This document shows, piece by piece, positions 21,762 through 34,707 of a stretch of 64,000 nucleotides of DNA; within the stretch, counting starts at the first letter, position 1, and every line of letters begins with the position of its first letter. The stretch spans positions 496,001 to 560,000 of the forward strand of contig JAIVFI010000003.1 of the NCBI GenBank assembly GCA_025558095.1, read 5' to 3'. Under the pieces are notes generated by a model, which was given only the letters and a program-made list of their open reading frames with translations, was not told where the DNA came from and made no database searches. The DNA comes from Hyaloraphidium curvatum SAG 235-1 (lineage: Eukaryota > Fungi > Monoblepharomycota). The translations under genes and the position numbers were made by a program.

Positions 21762-23430
21762 TCACGTCGCAAACGAGTGGATGCAGAGGACGTTGTTGAA
21801 CCCGTCCGACAGGAGGAAGTCCGGCCCCACGTGGACCGATCCGAGATCTGTGCGGGTCGCGGCATGGTCAGCATCGCCAGCACGACATCCAGAGCCGACC
21901 GAGGCGGGGGAACCCACATGCGGTATGCCTCCAGATAATCCACCCGTCGTCCCGCATCAGGTCGTCCCCAACAAGCCACACCTTGACCGCGCCGTCCGTC
22001 CCTCCCGTCGAAAGTCGCCCACGAGCGAGGTCGAGGTCGATCGACATGACGGTGCCGTGGTTGTGCGCGCGGAAGGAGCGCACGGGGTCGATTGAGGGCG
22101 CCGCGGGGCCGGCGGGGAGGGCGAGGGACCACAGGCGGAGGCGGCAGTCGTCGCCGCCCGAGGCGAGGATACCGCGCGCGGGGTCGCGGCGGAGGGAGCG
22201 CACCGGGCCCCCGTGGGCGCCCTGGATGGCGGTTTCGGGGGCGGAGGGCGGCAGGGGAGGGAAGGATGCCAGGGGCACGCGGATGACGTGTATCGAGCCG
22301 TTGGAGGTGCCGAGCACCAGCAGATCAGCGGAGCAGAGGAAGGAAGTGAGGCGGCCGTTAAGGGTGGGTAGGTCGAGCCGCTTGGTGTCACGGTCCGGGT
22401 CGTAGCAAGGTGGCGAGGGCGTTGCCGCACCGTGCGGCGGACGGGGCGGCAGAGTGATCCTGTGTGCCAGCACAACTCCGTCCAAGCCGGCCGAATAGAC
22501 GACTTTTGTCCTCGCTGCCCGGGTTACCAAAGCCATCCTCGAGGCGACCACACCCGAGTCGCCGGCATCAAAGGAAACAGCGGCATCCCAGCCCTCGAGA
22601 TCGGAACCGGCGAGGTCCATGATTTTGACGCCCACGACGCCCCTGGAGTGGCCCGCTACGACGGCGAGCTCCTCGCCCGTCCACGCGTCCCACACGCGAA
22701 CGGAGCCCGAGCAGCCCGCGGCCACCACGTCCCCGTCGCAGTCCAGGCACGTCGTCTCGGTGGGCTGCCCTTCGTATGTCACCTCGATCTCGCCCGATAT
22801 CGCGTTGATGAGGTGCAGCGGCCCGGCATAGGTTCCCAGGAGTATCATCTGCGGCATGGAGGGCAGAGGGAGAAGCCTGCGCACATAATCGTCCAGAACG
22901 TGGATCGTGCGTGTGCGGAATGAGCCGTCGGCCCACATGGCCTCGCGACGCGCCTCTGCGACGTGCAGGCGGCCGTACAGCGCCTTGAACGGCGAGGGAG
23001 GCGCGATCGCCGGCGAGGGCAGGTCCCCGAGGGCCTCTGCCGCCTCCGCCTGGCCTGCCGCATCGCCTTCAATTTCGCTGTCGTCCTCGAAGTTAAGCGG
23101 CACCGAGCGACGCGCGCCGGGGCTCGCGGGTGCGGCGGCCCTGCCGCTGCCCGAGCCGAAGCGGCGCTTCGCGTCGCCCGGCAGCCCCGCCGAGCGCGCC
23201 GCGCGCGGACGGCCGACGGGCGACGGCGGCTCCCTGCCGGCCAGCGCCGCGCGGCCCCACCGCCGCGCGATCTGCTCGCTCCAGAAGAGGTCCGACGCGT
23301 CGAGCAGCGACAGCGCCCGGCACGTCGCCGCGAGCCGCGCCGCGGACTCGGCATCGAGAAAACCCCGCGCAAGGTGCAACACGAGGTCCGGCGGTAAGTC
23401 TAGCAGCACGGTCGGGGGCTCAGGCTCCAT
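21762..23430 (-). CDS. F-box/WD40 repeat protein; intron 21848-21917
   Basis: N-terminal F-box (LLDLPPDLVLHLARGFLD...LAATCR) and WD repeats (GSVRVWD, GHSRGV, LASGGDDCRLRLW, STGGTDGAVKVW). Confidence 0.88.
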
Positions 23431-23614
23431 CGCACGGGTGCGCCGGGGGTGCGGGGGACACAGGATCGCGCTTCTCCCTCCTGACCAGTCACCCTTTCTC
23501 CTCCCTTCTGAAATCTAGTGAAATCAACCTATGGCAACATACAGGCCATGTAAATTCGAAGTAGAAGACACCAGGGCACAGTCCCGCGTCACAGATCTCG
23601 CTCCCCGCACCCCC

Positions 23615-25536
23615 TCACGGCTCGCCGATCGGCTTCAGCCCGCGCCGCGTCGCATACTGCACGAGCTGCTCCGGCACCTCAGCTAGCGTCGCAGCAGACA
23701 GCGCGCCAAAGTCGTTGGGATTGAAGGCTCTGAACGGGACGAACTGAACGCAGTCCCGTTCGGCCCTCTTGCCGCCCGCCTGAAGCACTGCGTCGTCGCT
23801 GTCCAGCAAATCCATACTGCTGAAGTCCGCACCACCGACGCCGACGATGATGATCGACATTGGAAGCGCGGAGGCGTCGACGACGGCCCTGAGGGGAGGG
23901 TGAGGAGAATGACAAGTGGCTCCCCGACCTCCACACCCACTTTATCGTCTGATCCAGGTCCGTGATGGCGCCATCCGTTATGATGAGCAAGATGCAGTAC
24001 TTGCGCAGGTGCCTGTCGCCGGGGGGCATGGAGGACCGTACCCATTGCCCGATCGAATTGATCGTCGTGGCGAAGATCGTAGGTCCCCAGAGCTGGTTGC
24101 CGTACAGTGACCTGTGCGCCAAGAACCGTCAGTAGCTCGACAGGCGCAGCCGATAGGGACCCACTTATTGTACGCCTCCATCAGCCCCGCCACCCCGATC
24201 ACCTCGGGCCCCACCGCCCCGTTGAGAGGGAAGAAGTGGCTGACAGTCCCATCGGGCAGCTTGGCACCGAAGCCGTAGGCGAGGAACCGCCCGTCGGCGT
24301 CGTACGGTTCGAGCACCTGGCCGACGCTCGACAAGGCACGCTGGTACTCGTTCAGGATCCGCGGATTAGGGTTGCGGTAGTGCAGGCTGGCCGGATGGTT
24401 CGGGTCACCTGTTGGTCGATCGGTGGTTAGATTCCGGGTGCAAAGATCGATGCAGAAGCCATGCCGTTTGATTGCGTGAAATCTATAGACACCGCCAGCT
24501 CGATTTCCGTGCCCGCCGTGATGTAGTCGAGGAAGGAGTACTCGCGCTGGAAAGAGACATCGTCCACGATGATGGTTCCCGAGTTGGTGTACGATTTGCC
24601 CTTCTTGGCCTGCTTCTTGGGCTCGATGAGCGCGAACGTGGCTCCCCGGGTGAAGGCCGACAGGGGCGCCTGAAAAATGCCGATCAGGTCGTGGGTGCCG
24701 TCCCGGTCCCAATCGAAGCACTCGAAACGCAACATCCGATTGACGTCGCCGCCGCAGAGCACGTCCAGCTTCAGTTTGAAGGGCTGCCACACCGGATCAA
24801 GGGTGTTCTTGATCACCTCGGTCTTGTGGACCACAGCAAACGCGCCGTCGTTGCGCGCCTTGGAAATGACGATAAACGGGTCGGACTTCCCGAAGAAGTC
24901 CTTCTTATCCAGCTTGGATCCCCTCAGCCGGAGCGTGACGGACTGCTTGGCGCCTCCGGCGTCGAGCTCCTCCACCTGCACGCGGAGCGTCCCCGGCCGA
25001 GACTGCGCCGAGGCCGGCGCGGGCTTCAGGTCCATCCCGGGAGGCACCTGCATCGAAAACTTGCGCTCGAACGCGTTGACCTTCCCAGAAGCCACCAAGT
25101 TTCCTAATTGCACGTCGACATGACCAAGGTAGTCATGGTCCCGCAACGGTGCCGTTGGCGAGGGGTTATCCACGTCGAGGCACACGATCCTCAGGTTCTG
25201 CACGCTCTCGAAGATGTAGTCCATGACGATCGCTTTCGCGAAGCGGGGGTTGAGCGAGTCCCGAATGACCTCCGTCCGCCCGATCTCAAGCAGCACCTCG
25301 CGCGCCGTCTGTCCGGGCGGGCCGGGACGCAGCTGGCGGAGGAAAACGAACAGCTGGGGGTCCGATTTGCTCGTGATATCAAGATTGGGCAGCTGCGAGC
25401 AGCTGAACCGCAGCTCGACTTTGGCGGCCGGCGCAGCCGGCCCGGGCCCAGGCGCGGAGGCATTGTAGGACGGCAGCCCTGCGGTCGGGGGTGGCGCCGC
25501 GGGGTACGGCGTGTAGGGCGGGAGATTGGCCGACAT
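23615..25536 (-). CDS. Copine, paralog 2; introns 24409-24464 (GC-AG), 24112-24164, 23889-23940
   Basis: Same C2-C2-vWA motifs as paralog 1, with long near-identical coding stretches. Confidence 0.95.
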
Positions 25537-25859
25537 GCCGCGACGGTGTTGCGTTTGAGCTGTGCTGTTTGGACTCGCGGACTCCGATTGGCAATCGGCA
25601 CGAGGCGGCGCCTGGCCGGCGCGGCTCGAGCCGTGACTTCCCCAGATCGATTCGTTCCTGGCGTCTAAAGTCATCTTGGAGCTACATGCTGTTTTGCCGA
25701 GGGGGTGATCTCGGGCGTGGTCAGCCCAGGCGATCGGATCTGAGGCGTCTGGACTTGACCAAGACCCCAGCATGCATCGCAGGCTCCAAACTGCCAAAAG
25801 ACATTCATATTTGAACTTCCGACGCAGGTGCTCGAATGATCAGCACAACGACAAAGAAA

Positions 25860-28800
25860 TCACGACATAGATACTGTAGATTCACCGTCCCTCGCGGGGA
25901 GCCACCGAGACGAGCCCTTCGCCTCGGTGATGAGCTGGTCCACGGCGTCGCCGAGCTGCAAAAGCAGCGCGTCAATGTCCACGCCCTCGTCCCCCAAGGA
26001 GCCGTGCTCGTCCGCGGCGCCGAGCCGCGAGTTGGCGGATGCCGCGGAAGAGGCCAGCACCGTCTCGGTGGCACCGATTGTGGAGGCGTCCCGATCCACG
26101 GAGAAGGCGGCGGAATGCTGTGACTGCGAAGGCCGCCGGCCGCCCAGGTCACTGCCCGCCAGCCAATGAAAATCGCCCGACTGCGAGTCACGGGCGTGGA
26201 CCCCGGCGTCGTGAACTACCGGAGCACCTCTGCCGCCCTCTCCGCGGCTTGCAACACTGGCCGCCTCGGTCGAAGGCTGGGCCGAGGTAGCTTCGGGCTC
26301 GAATGCTCCGAGAACTCGAGCCAGAACGACGGGATTCGTTCCGCGGTCGGCGCCGTCCGCGCTTGTCGGCGACCATTTGCTGGAGCTCCCTCCGTCAGCG
26401 CCATTGCCTAGGCCGTTCAATGTGCCTCCAGAAGAGGAGGTGCCGATGCTTCCGCCGGTATCGGCAGGGGTGAGCATTGCGGAGGCAAGAACGGTACCGT
26501 AGCCGGGGCTCCGCAGGACCCTCGGCAGCGTCGCAGACGGCGTGACTGTCGGTGTCGACGCGGCGGAGACGACCGAGTTATCGAAATGCAGGGCAAATAG
26601 CGCACTGGAGATGGCCAGCAGAGTGGCATCGACCGTGGCCGGGTCCGAAGGGGTATTGAAGATGTCGAAGCTGTTTGGATCGAGAGGATTAATCCGATAG
26701 ATCCAACGAGGTCTGCGACATCGTACCTGAAAGAGACTTTCGACCCGCTCGACCCGTCGCCGTCGAAGATCCCGCTCTTCTTCAACGTTTCCATCACTCT
26801 CCGCCCAACGTTCCGAAGCTCCTCCGCGTTGGACTCGGCGGAGTCTTTCAAAGCGCAAACCAGTTGGTATCTCTGTTTGAGATCCGCTTGATCCAACGCG
26901 GATCCATCCGTGTCGATCGTCTGGCTCGCGTTGTCGCTCGTGGACCTGTTCCAAACGAAACGCTCGCCCGCCGAAGCACTCCGGGGCAAGCTCGGCTCGT
27001 CGTAGGCTGCAGCTTCGGCCTTGTTTCCTTCGAGCTCTGCTGCCATCTGCGCGTTGCGGGAGGCCGTGGCGGCCAGACGCGCCTCGAGTTCCCGGAGCTC
27101 GGCTTCTCTGTCGGCAATCTCCTGCTCTTCGGTTCGGAGCCGTTCCCTGAGCTCTTCGACAGCAATGAGCAGCTCCGGACCACGAGCAGCCGCCGCCTCG
27201 ACTTCTTCCTCAAGCTCCACCACGCGCAAGCCGCTGATCCGTGCCGCTTCCTGCATGACACGGAGGTCCGACTCCAGCGACTCGGCCTTGCCCCGCAAAT
27301 CTGCCGCCCTGCGGTCCTCCTCGAGGATCGCCGCCTCGATGTTGGCAATATCGGCTTCCGCGGTGGTGACGATGAGCTTGGCGGCGACCAGCTTCTCCCG
27401 GAGATCGGCCACTCGGCGCTCGGCGCTCGACTTGAGGACCAGCTGGCTCATCAGGTCCGATTCGAGAGCGGCCACTTCGGCCTCGAGCGCAACCGTCTCC
27501 GTCCGAGCCACGCTCAGGGCAGAACTCGCGGAGTCAAGATGTGCCTTGACCTCGGTCGCATCGGCAGATTCCGCCCCATTTGGCGACTCGTCGGGAACGG
27601 AAAGCGCCGCTCTCTGCTCCAGTTGCGCGCTCGCAGAAGCTGAAATAGGCGAATCTGCTGCCCTCGCCGCACCAAGACTCTTGGCGTTCGCCAGTTCGAG
27701 CTCAAGGGCTTCAGTCCGTGCGGCGCTTTCCGCTGCCCGCGCCGCTTCGATGGCAAGCTCGGCTTCCAGCGCAGCTGCAGCTGCCGCAAGGCGCTTGGCT
27801 GCATCGCCGGAAGCATCTAGCCGCACGCGCAATTCTCCAACGTGCGCTTGAGCGAGGATCTGGCGAGCTTGTTCAGCCGCGAGTTCCGCCTCCAGTGCTG
27901 ACGTCTCCGAAACGCGAGTTTTGCACTCCTCCTTGACCGCCAGAAGTTTCGGCTCGAGATTTGCTTTACGCGCAGCGGCCTCCGCGACGCGCGACTCCTC
28001 CGTCACCAGTTCGGCTTCCAGCTCGGCAAGCTCCGACACAGCACGCTCCGAGGCTGCTTTCGTATCCTCGATCCGGATCCGAAGCTCCTCCACCTTGGCC
28101 GCAGCCTCCCGTTGCCGCTCCGCCTCGGTCAAAAGAGCCGCTTCCTGCCTCCCGTGCTCATCCTCCAACTCGTCGGCACGCTTCCTGGCCGTTGCGAGCT
28201 TTTCTGAGGTTTCGGCGACCCGCGATTGCGTTTCAGCGAAAGCGGACTCCATTGCCAAGAGGTCCGATCGAGTTCTTTCTGCCTCTCGCCGCGCCTCCTC
28301 AATCACAGTTTGCAGCTCCGTTACGCGCGTTTCGGCGTCGGCCTTGCGGGCCATCTCGGCGGCCAACGCTGCCTCCAAATCCGTCAGCTCCAACAAACAG
28401 GCATCCGCCGCCTCCTTGTTGCCGAGAAGATCCTTCGCAAGCACGTCCTTCCGGGCAACAGCCTCGTCGAAACGCGTCCGTTCTTCGGTGACTTGCTCTT
28501 CGAGCGCAGAAAGCTCGAGGGCGACCTTTGCGCTCTCATCCCGTGCTGCAGAAAGGTCGCCCGCAAGAATTTCCAATGCGGTTTGCCGGGTGGCGTTGTC
28601 GTCCTTGATGGACAGCAGCTCCTTCTCGAGCGAATCCTTCCGCACCGCTGCATCGCCCGCTTTGGAACGCTCCGATTTCATCTGCGCCTCGATTGCAGCC
28701 GTATCAGCAGCTGCTTTCCCAGCATCCTCGGTCGCTGCCGCCAGGGCAGCCTTCAACGCGACCACGGCCGCAACTGCTGTGGCAGCATCGTTCTTGACCG

Positions 28801-31800
28801 CTTCCAGCTCGTTCTCGAACGACGCCTTCTGCTCCGAGAACTCTGCGATCCGCGACCGCTCCTTGGAGAGCTGTGCTTCAAGAGCCGATACCTGCGTCGA
28901 CAGTTTCTCCGCTTCGACGAGAGTCGTGCGAAGATCGGCATCCAAAGCTTCGATAGCGGACGCCTGTGCGGCTGCCTGGTCCCGGCAAGCCTGCAGCTCC
29001 TGCTCAAGGGCGTCCTTGCCCGCAGAGATATCCGAGAGCCGCGACCGCTCCGAGTCCAGTTGCGCTTCCAGAGCGACAGAGTCTGGCGCAACGATCTCCT
29101 CTTCAACGACCAGCTCACGCTCAGGACTCAAAGAAGCGGCTTCGGATGCCAACCCGGCGATTTCCTTCGGTGCAACAGATGGAGCGATCTGCAACTGCGA
29201 GTCCCTTAGCCTTCCTTCCCGCATCGCACGTGACGAAAGCAGCCTCACCTCCAGTTGTGTAGCTCGTGCAGAAACTTCTAGTGCATCTGTCGTCGCCACG
29301 TCCAAAACCGACGCCTCCAATTCCAAGCCGGCTTTACGCGCGGTTGCTTCGGCGACCCGCGACCGCTCCAATGCCAGTTGCTCCTGGAGTGCCTGCGCGT
29401 CGGCGGAGAACTTGGCCACTTCATCGCGAACAGCACCGAGAGCTGCTTCCGCGACAGCTACTTGGGCAACGAGCGACGTAACCTCGTCCTTGCAGGTCTG
29501 CAGCTCCGCGGCGAGAACCCCCTTGCGCCGGTCAGCTTCGGCGGCATTTGACCGTTCCGCGGCGAGCTGCTCCTCCAAAGCGGCAAGGTCCGTTGAAACC
29601 CGTTGCGCTTCGTCCCGCGCGGCGAGCAAAAGGACCTCTGAGTCGGCAAGTTGCGATGTCTTCGCGGCCACGTCTTCCCTGCACGACTGCAACTCGTTCT
29701 CGGCAGCTTCTTTCCGCTGTGCCACGTCGGCGAGGTCTGCGGCGCCCTTCTGCCTTGCGTCCTCGATCTCTTTAACAGCTGCCTCGAGCGCGGCAAGCTC
29801 CAAAGCACGGGTCGCGAGCTCATCCTTCGATACCCGGAGCTCCCCGGCGAGAACATCCTTGCGCTGCCCGGCTTCGACGGCAGCTGATTGTTCCGCGGCA
29901 ATCTGCACCTCCAACCCGACAATGTCGGCGGCAATTTTCTGCGCTTCGTCCCGCGCGGCCAGCAAAGCGGCCTCCGAATCGGCAAGCTGCCTTGCCTTTG
30001 CCGCGGCGTCGTCCCTGCAGGCTTGTAAATCCTTCTCGGCGGCCTCCTTCTGTTGCGCCACATCGGCGAGATCCGCAGCAGCTTCCTGTTTCGCGTCCTC
30101 GATCTCCTTGACCGAGGCCTCGAGCGCGGCAAGCTCCGACGTCCGCGCCACGAGCTCGTCCTTGGATGTCTGTAGCTGGTCCTGCAGCGTCCCTTTGCGG
30201 GTTTCGGCTTCGGCAGCAGACGACCGTTCCGCGGCTAGCTGCTCCTCCAATCCGGCAAGGTCCGCGGAGACCTTCTGCGCTTCGTCCCGCGCGGCCAGCA
30301 AAGCTGCCTCCGAATCGGCTAGCAGCAACGCTTTTGCGGCCGCATCGTCCCTGTAGGCCTGCAAATTCTTCTCGGCGGCCTCTCTCCGTTGCACCATGTC
30401 GGCAAGGTCCGCGACGGCCTTCTGTCTCTCGTCACCGATCTCCTTGACGGCAACCTCGAGCGCGTCGAGTTCCGACGTCCGCGCGGTGAGCTCCTCCTTG
30501 GACGCTTGCAGCCGGTCCTGAAGTTCAGCCTTGCGCTTCTCGGCCTCAGCAACCTTTGCCCGCTCCGATGCCAGTTGCTCCTCCAACCCAGCGGTGTCCG
30601 ATGCGGATTTATCGCCCTCCTTCTGCGCGTCCTTCAGCGCAGCTTCCAGAACCGCCTGCGATTCGGCAAGCTGCGACGCCTTCGCAGCGGCTTCGTCCTT
30701 GAATGCCTGCAGGTCCTTCTCGACGGCCTCTCTCCGTTGCGCCATTTCGGCAAGGTCCGCGACGGCTTTCTGCCTCTCGTCCTCGAGCTCCTTGATCGCG
30801 GCCTCGAGAGAAGCAAAGTCCGACGTCCGCGCCGCGAGCTCCTCCTTGGACGTCTGCAGGTCCTTCTGCAGCGCCACCTTGCGGGTTTCGGCCTCGGCTG
30901 CCTTTGCCCGCTCCGACGCCAGCTGCTCCTCCAGCGCCGCCATGTCCGATGCGGATCTGTCGGCCTCCCGCTGCGCGTCCCTGAGCGACGCTTCCAAAGC
31001 GGCCACGGCCGCCAGTCCGGCCGCCGCCGCATCCTGCACCGACTTGAGCCGGTCCGCCAGCACGTCCTTTTCCCGCTCGGCAGCCTCGGCCCGCGCCTGC
31101 TCCGCCGCGAGCGGCCCGCGCAGGTCGTCGGCCGCAGTCGCCGTCTGATCGGCGTGATCCCGCGCCGTCCGCAACGCCGCGGATTGCTCCTGCACGCGGA
31201 CCTCGGAGTTCGTGGTGCTGCGTGCCTCTGAGGCGAGCCCTGCGAGGCCGGCGACCACGGTAGCACCTCCGACGACCGCGGCAACCGATCCCAAAGTGGT
31301 TGCGCCGCGCGATTCCGCGGAACTGCCGGCTTCCTGGGCTGCCTTCAAGGCTTCCTGCAGCGCCGCGCTCTTCCTTTCCGCGTCAAGTTCGGCCTGCACG
31401 GCGGCGAGCGCGAAGGCGGTGTCGCCCGGCCGCGAGACGTCTGGAGCCGGGGAGGAGACGAACTCGGTCGCGGCGGAGGAGGGTGCCGGGGATATCGGCG
31501 CGTCCGAGTGCTTGGGGGTTGCGGGCTCGGGAACCAGGAGGCCGGGCTCTTCCGGCGCGGCTTCGGGGAGGTCCGGCGCGAGGCCGCGCCCCGAGTTCGT
31601 GGCGGTGGCAATGCCGCGCCCCGAGTTCGTGGCGGTGGCAATGATGGCTGTGACGACGGGAGCTGCCTCTGAAGCCGAGGACGTTGGCGCAGCGTCCAAG
31701 CTTTCGGTCGCGACGATATGCGCGGGCCGAGCACCGGTCTCCGCCTCTGCCTTGAGCTTCCCGTACGAGTGCTGAAGGTATCGTACGCCGACTTCTAGAC

Positions 31801-32570
31801 CGGCCAGCCGTGCGCGGGCGGTCCGCAGCTCATCCTTGGTCCGCTTGAGTTCGTCACCGGCATCGGGCGGGGCCAAAGCCGCGGCGTCCCCGGGAGAGGG
31901 CGGCTCCACGTCCACCAGAGGAAGATCATGCCCAGTTGCAAGCGACCGTTCGGCTGCATTCACGTCGATTTGCAAGTCGGCGACTGGCTCCGCGTCCGAG
32001 GAGGAGATTCCGCCGGCGAGTTCGTCGCCGACGTCGAGGGAACCGGGAAGGATCAGCGGCGTCCCGGACTTTGCGTCCAGCAGGCCGCGCAGCACGACCT
32101 GGCGATGCCGACGGGCGTGAGAAGGCAGAGACGGACATCATCGGTCGAGAACACACCTCTTCCTGAAGCAACAGCGCGACCAGCGCCCCGGCTGCCCCGA
32201 CCAGCAGCGCCGACCACACGCCCGACGCCGTCCCCGACCCCGCGTGCCCGGCAGCGACCCTCAGCGTGCCCAGCTCGGTCTCCAGCGCGGCACGGCCCTC
32301 CTCTGCGCGCGCCAGCCGCGCGGCCAGCGAGCTCGAGCGGTTGCGCTCCGCGATGAGCAGCAGCTCGAGCTGCACGGCCTTGGCGTTCGTCGGCAGCGGC
32401 GCGGGCGGCGTGGCGGGGCCGCGGCGCGCGACCAGCGAGAGCGCGAAGCCGAGCAGCAGGAGCGCGGAGATCCACAGCGTCGGCGGCGACCGCGGCGGCC
32501 GCGCGGCAGTCCGCCCCGCGGGCCGCCGCTCGGGGCGCGGCGCTTCCGTCTCCGCTCGATCGGCCGCCAT
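25860..32570 (-). CDS. Very large (>2000 aa) coiled-coil protein with N-terminal transmembrane segments; 3' exon structure approximate
   Basis: 1892-codon open frame rich in A/E/L/K heptads; upstream exon with hydrophobic WISALLLLGFALSLV and VWSALLVGAAGALVALLL. Confidence 0.8.
29480..30935 (-). repeat. Internal tandem repeat of ~336 bp (112 aa), four or more copies, in the coiled-coil gene
   Basis: Recurring LEEQLAxER...LQTSKEEL..RTSEL..LE...KEIED..QKA.ADLA...EKDLQA..DDAAAK..QLADSEA.LLAARDEAQK. Confidence 0.9.
31583..31643. repeat. Perfect 30-bp tandem duplication (IATATNSGRG x2)
   Basis: GCCGCGCCCCGAGTTCGTGGCGGTGGCAAT occurs twice in tandem. Confidence 0.95.
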
Positions 32571-32951
32571 GCCGAGCCCGGAGTTCAGGACGCCGGGGCC
32601 GATTGGTGGACCCGGTCGGAGTTGCGGCTCGGAGTCCCCCGCGGCAAGCCCTGATCGGCCGCAGCGCGCTCGAGCCCCTTCATGGACGACCGTGGACGTG
32701 GACAGCGGCAATGGAAATGGGAAAAGACTTCCAAGAACATGATTAATTGACTGACGCATTGTACAGGATGATGGCAACTTCCCCGCCGTCCGGCGGCGAG
32801 GTGACAACGATTGGCAGACGGCATGCACCCGACGCTCTACAGGTAAGAAAATCCCGCATCCGCGTTCTTTTTGGGCTTATCGTTGTTGCTTCAAGCAGGA
32901 TCCAGGGGTCCTGCACCCCGTGACAGATCTGTGATGATGAACTGAGGCTGA

Positions 32952-33788
32952 TCACGCCTCCAGTCCATCAGCAAGATCAATGTACTCGTAAGGAAAGTCC
33001 TCAGGGGCGTCGCCCAGCACCTGGGCTATCGTGGCATCGAGCACGGCCGATGCCAGGGCGTGGATGTCCTGCAGCGTGCGTCCGTGCGCCACCACCATCA
33101 GGTGGTCCAGCAGGGCGTCGATCGCGGCCCTTTGGCAGGCCGGATCGGGATTGAGCGTCGCGACGTGAAGCTCGACGGTCGTTTGGAAGAGCTCCTGCTT
33201 GAGCGCCACCTCGGAGGGCGAGGGCTTCTCGAACTCTTCGAACTTGGCCATCGCCGACCACTGATCGACCGGCTGATCAGCCTCATCGGAGGGCTCGGCA
33301 TCGCCCAGGGGCTCGCCGCGGGACATGGGGCTGAGCGTTTCGTCGTCCCCGTCTTCCTCGGCTTTGACGGCGGGCGAGCGGGGCTCGGCGCGGGGGGCTT
33401 GCGCGGCTCTTTTGCGCGCGGCCGTGATGCGCTGCCCGCGCCGCCTCACACTCTGCACCTTTGCGCGGCCGGGGCAGGCCGCCCTTTTGATGTGGCGGTT
33501 GAGGTTTCCCCCCATCTGACCCTCGTCGACGGCCTGCGGTCCGATGACCTCCCGGCAGTGCGGGCACAGGCTGACGATGCGGGGCTTCGATTTCCCGCCC
33601 GTGGCGCGGGCTTTGCCGCGCCGCGGGGCGGCGGAATCATCGGGGACGACGAAAATCGGGGTCGCGGCGGTGCCGTTCGACTCCCATTGCAGGTGGGAGA
33701 TGTGCTGCGCATCGGGGAACCTGCTTCGCAGTTCGGTGCAGAGTTCGTCAAAAGCGCCGTCGGCGCGTTCTCTAGGGCGGTCGGACAT
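32952..33788 (-). CDS. Unknown protein with N-terminal zinc-finger-like module (family member A, intronless)
   Basis: IVSLCPHC...GQMGGNLNRHIKRAAC; coding-like codon usage. Confidence 0.7.
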   Translation of the reverse strand: MSDRPRERADGAFDELCTELRSRFPDAQHISHLQWESNGTAATPIFVVPDDSAAPRRGKARATGGKSKPRIVSLCPHCREVIGPQAVDEGQMGGNLNRHIKRAACPGRAKVQSVRRRGQRITAARKRAAQAPRAEPRSPAVKAEEDGDDETLSPMSRGEPLGDAEPSDEADQPVDQWSAMAKFEEFEKPSPSEVALKQELFQTTVELHVATLNPDPACQRAAIDALLDHLMVVAHGRTLQDIHALASAVLDATIAQVLGDAPEDFPYEYIDLADGLEA

Positions 33789-34122
33789 TGTTTTCGAAGC
33801 GCTAGGCCTCGTTTTCGAGGACTACAGGTCGATTCAAAGGGGCAGAGGGGCTGCCGGAGCGCGGGCGGGAGCGGCCCGGCGTGTGAGCTTGATTGCCCGC
33901 GGGCGCACCGCTCCGACCCCGCCGCCGTGCTCTAGACGTACCTGAGAGTGCGCGCTGTGACGGCGCGGCGATTCCAACGGTGGACAAGCGCGGGATGCGC
34001 GGAAAGGTAAAAAGCGTTGAATGCAGTTGAATAGCGCGAGTGATCACGCGGCACAGCAAGCTTGCTGGGATGCTTTCGAGTATCGACCGTCTAGTGATAT
34101 CCGTATCTGTACAAAAAGGATA

Positions 34123-34365
34123 TCATCCCGCGCCGGCCGGTGGCACGTAGCCTCGCTTCCGGAAGGCGGTAAAGATGTCAGTAGTGCCGCGAATACATAA
34201 AATAGATAGGCGTTGACGCATGTTGCACATGAAGGTAGCACGGAGTCCGTCCAGGTCTTCGTCATCGGGGTACTTGGTGTATGCGATCTTCTTCATGAGG
34301 CGTTCGGCATCATCGTGGAATGCACAGTACGATTCCATGGCGAACGGTACGAGGCGGTGTGGTCC
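34123..34365 (-). mobile_element. Fragment resembling the C-terminal restriction-like endonuclease end of a non-LTR retrotransposon (CRE-like)
   Basis: LVPFAMESYCAFHDDAERLMKKIA...RQRLSILCIRG resembles the F.P...E..G...A..l.k.ia...qrls..l.rg terminus. Lower GC than neighbouring genes; no upstream RT. Confidence 0.5.
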
Positions 34366-34707
34366 CTTCAAAGGCAATACCCACCAGGAGGATCAGCCGT
34401 TCGACATCGAGCATCGACTCCAAAGCATCCCTACAAGGCCCGGTGGGTATACGTCGGAGGACCACGCTGCAAGATACCGAGGCAGATTAGAAGCGGCACG
34501 GCCTATTCTCGCCCCGGATACGGAAGATTGACATCGAAAGTACCGCTTCGTGGTCCAAATAGCTTCTCAGAGGCGTCTGAATAGCTTCGGTTTGCTGTTT
34601 CGCCCAACGCCTCGAAAAGGCGAAATTGGTGCGCCGGCGCCGAGAGCAACACAAACACGTCGCCCGGAGTCCCGTTGGTCGGCCCGAATGCAAACGAGCG
34701 GCCAGCG

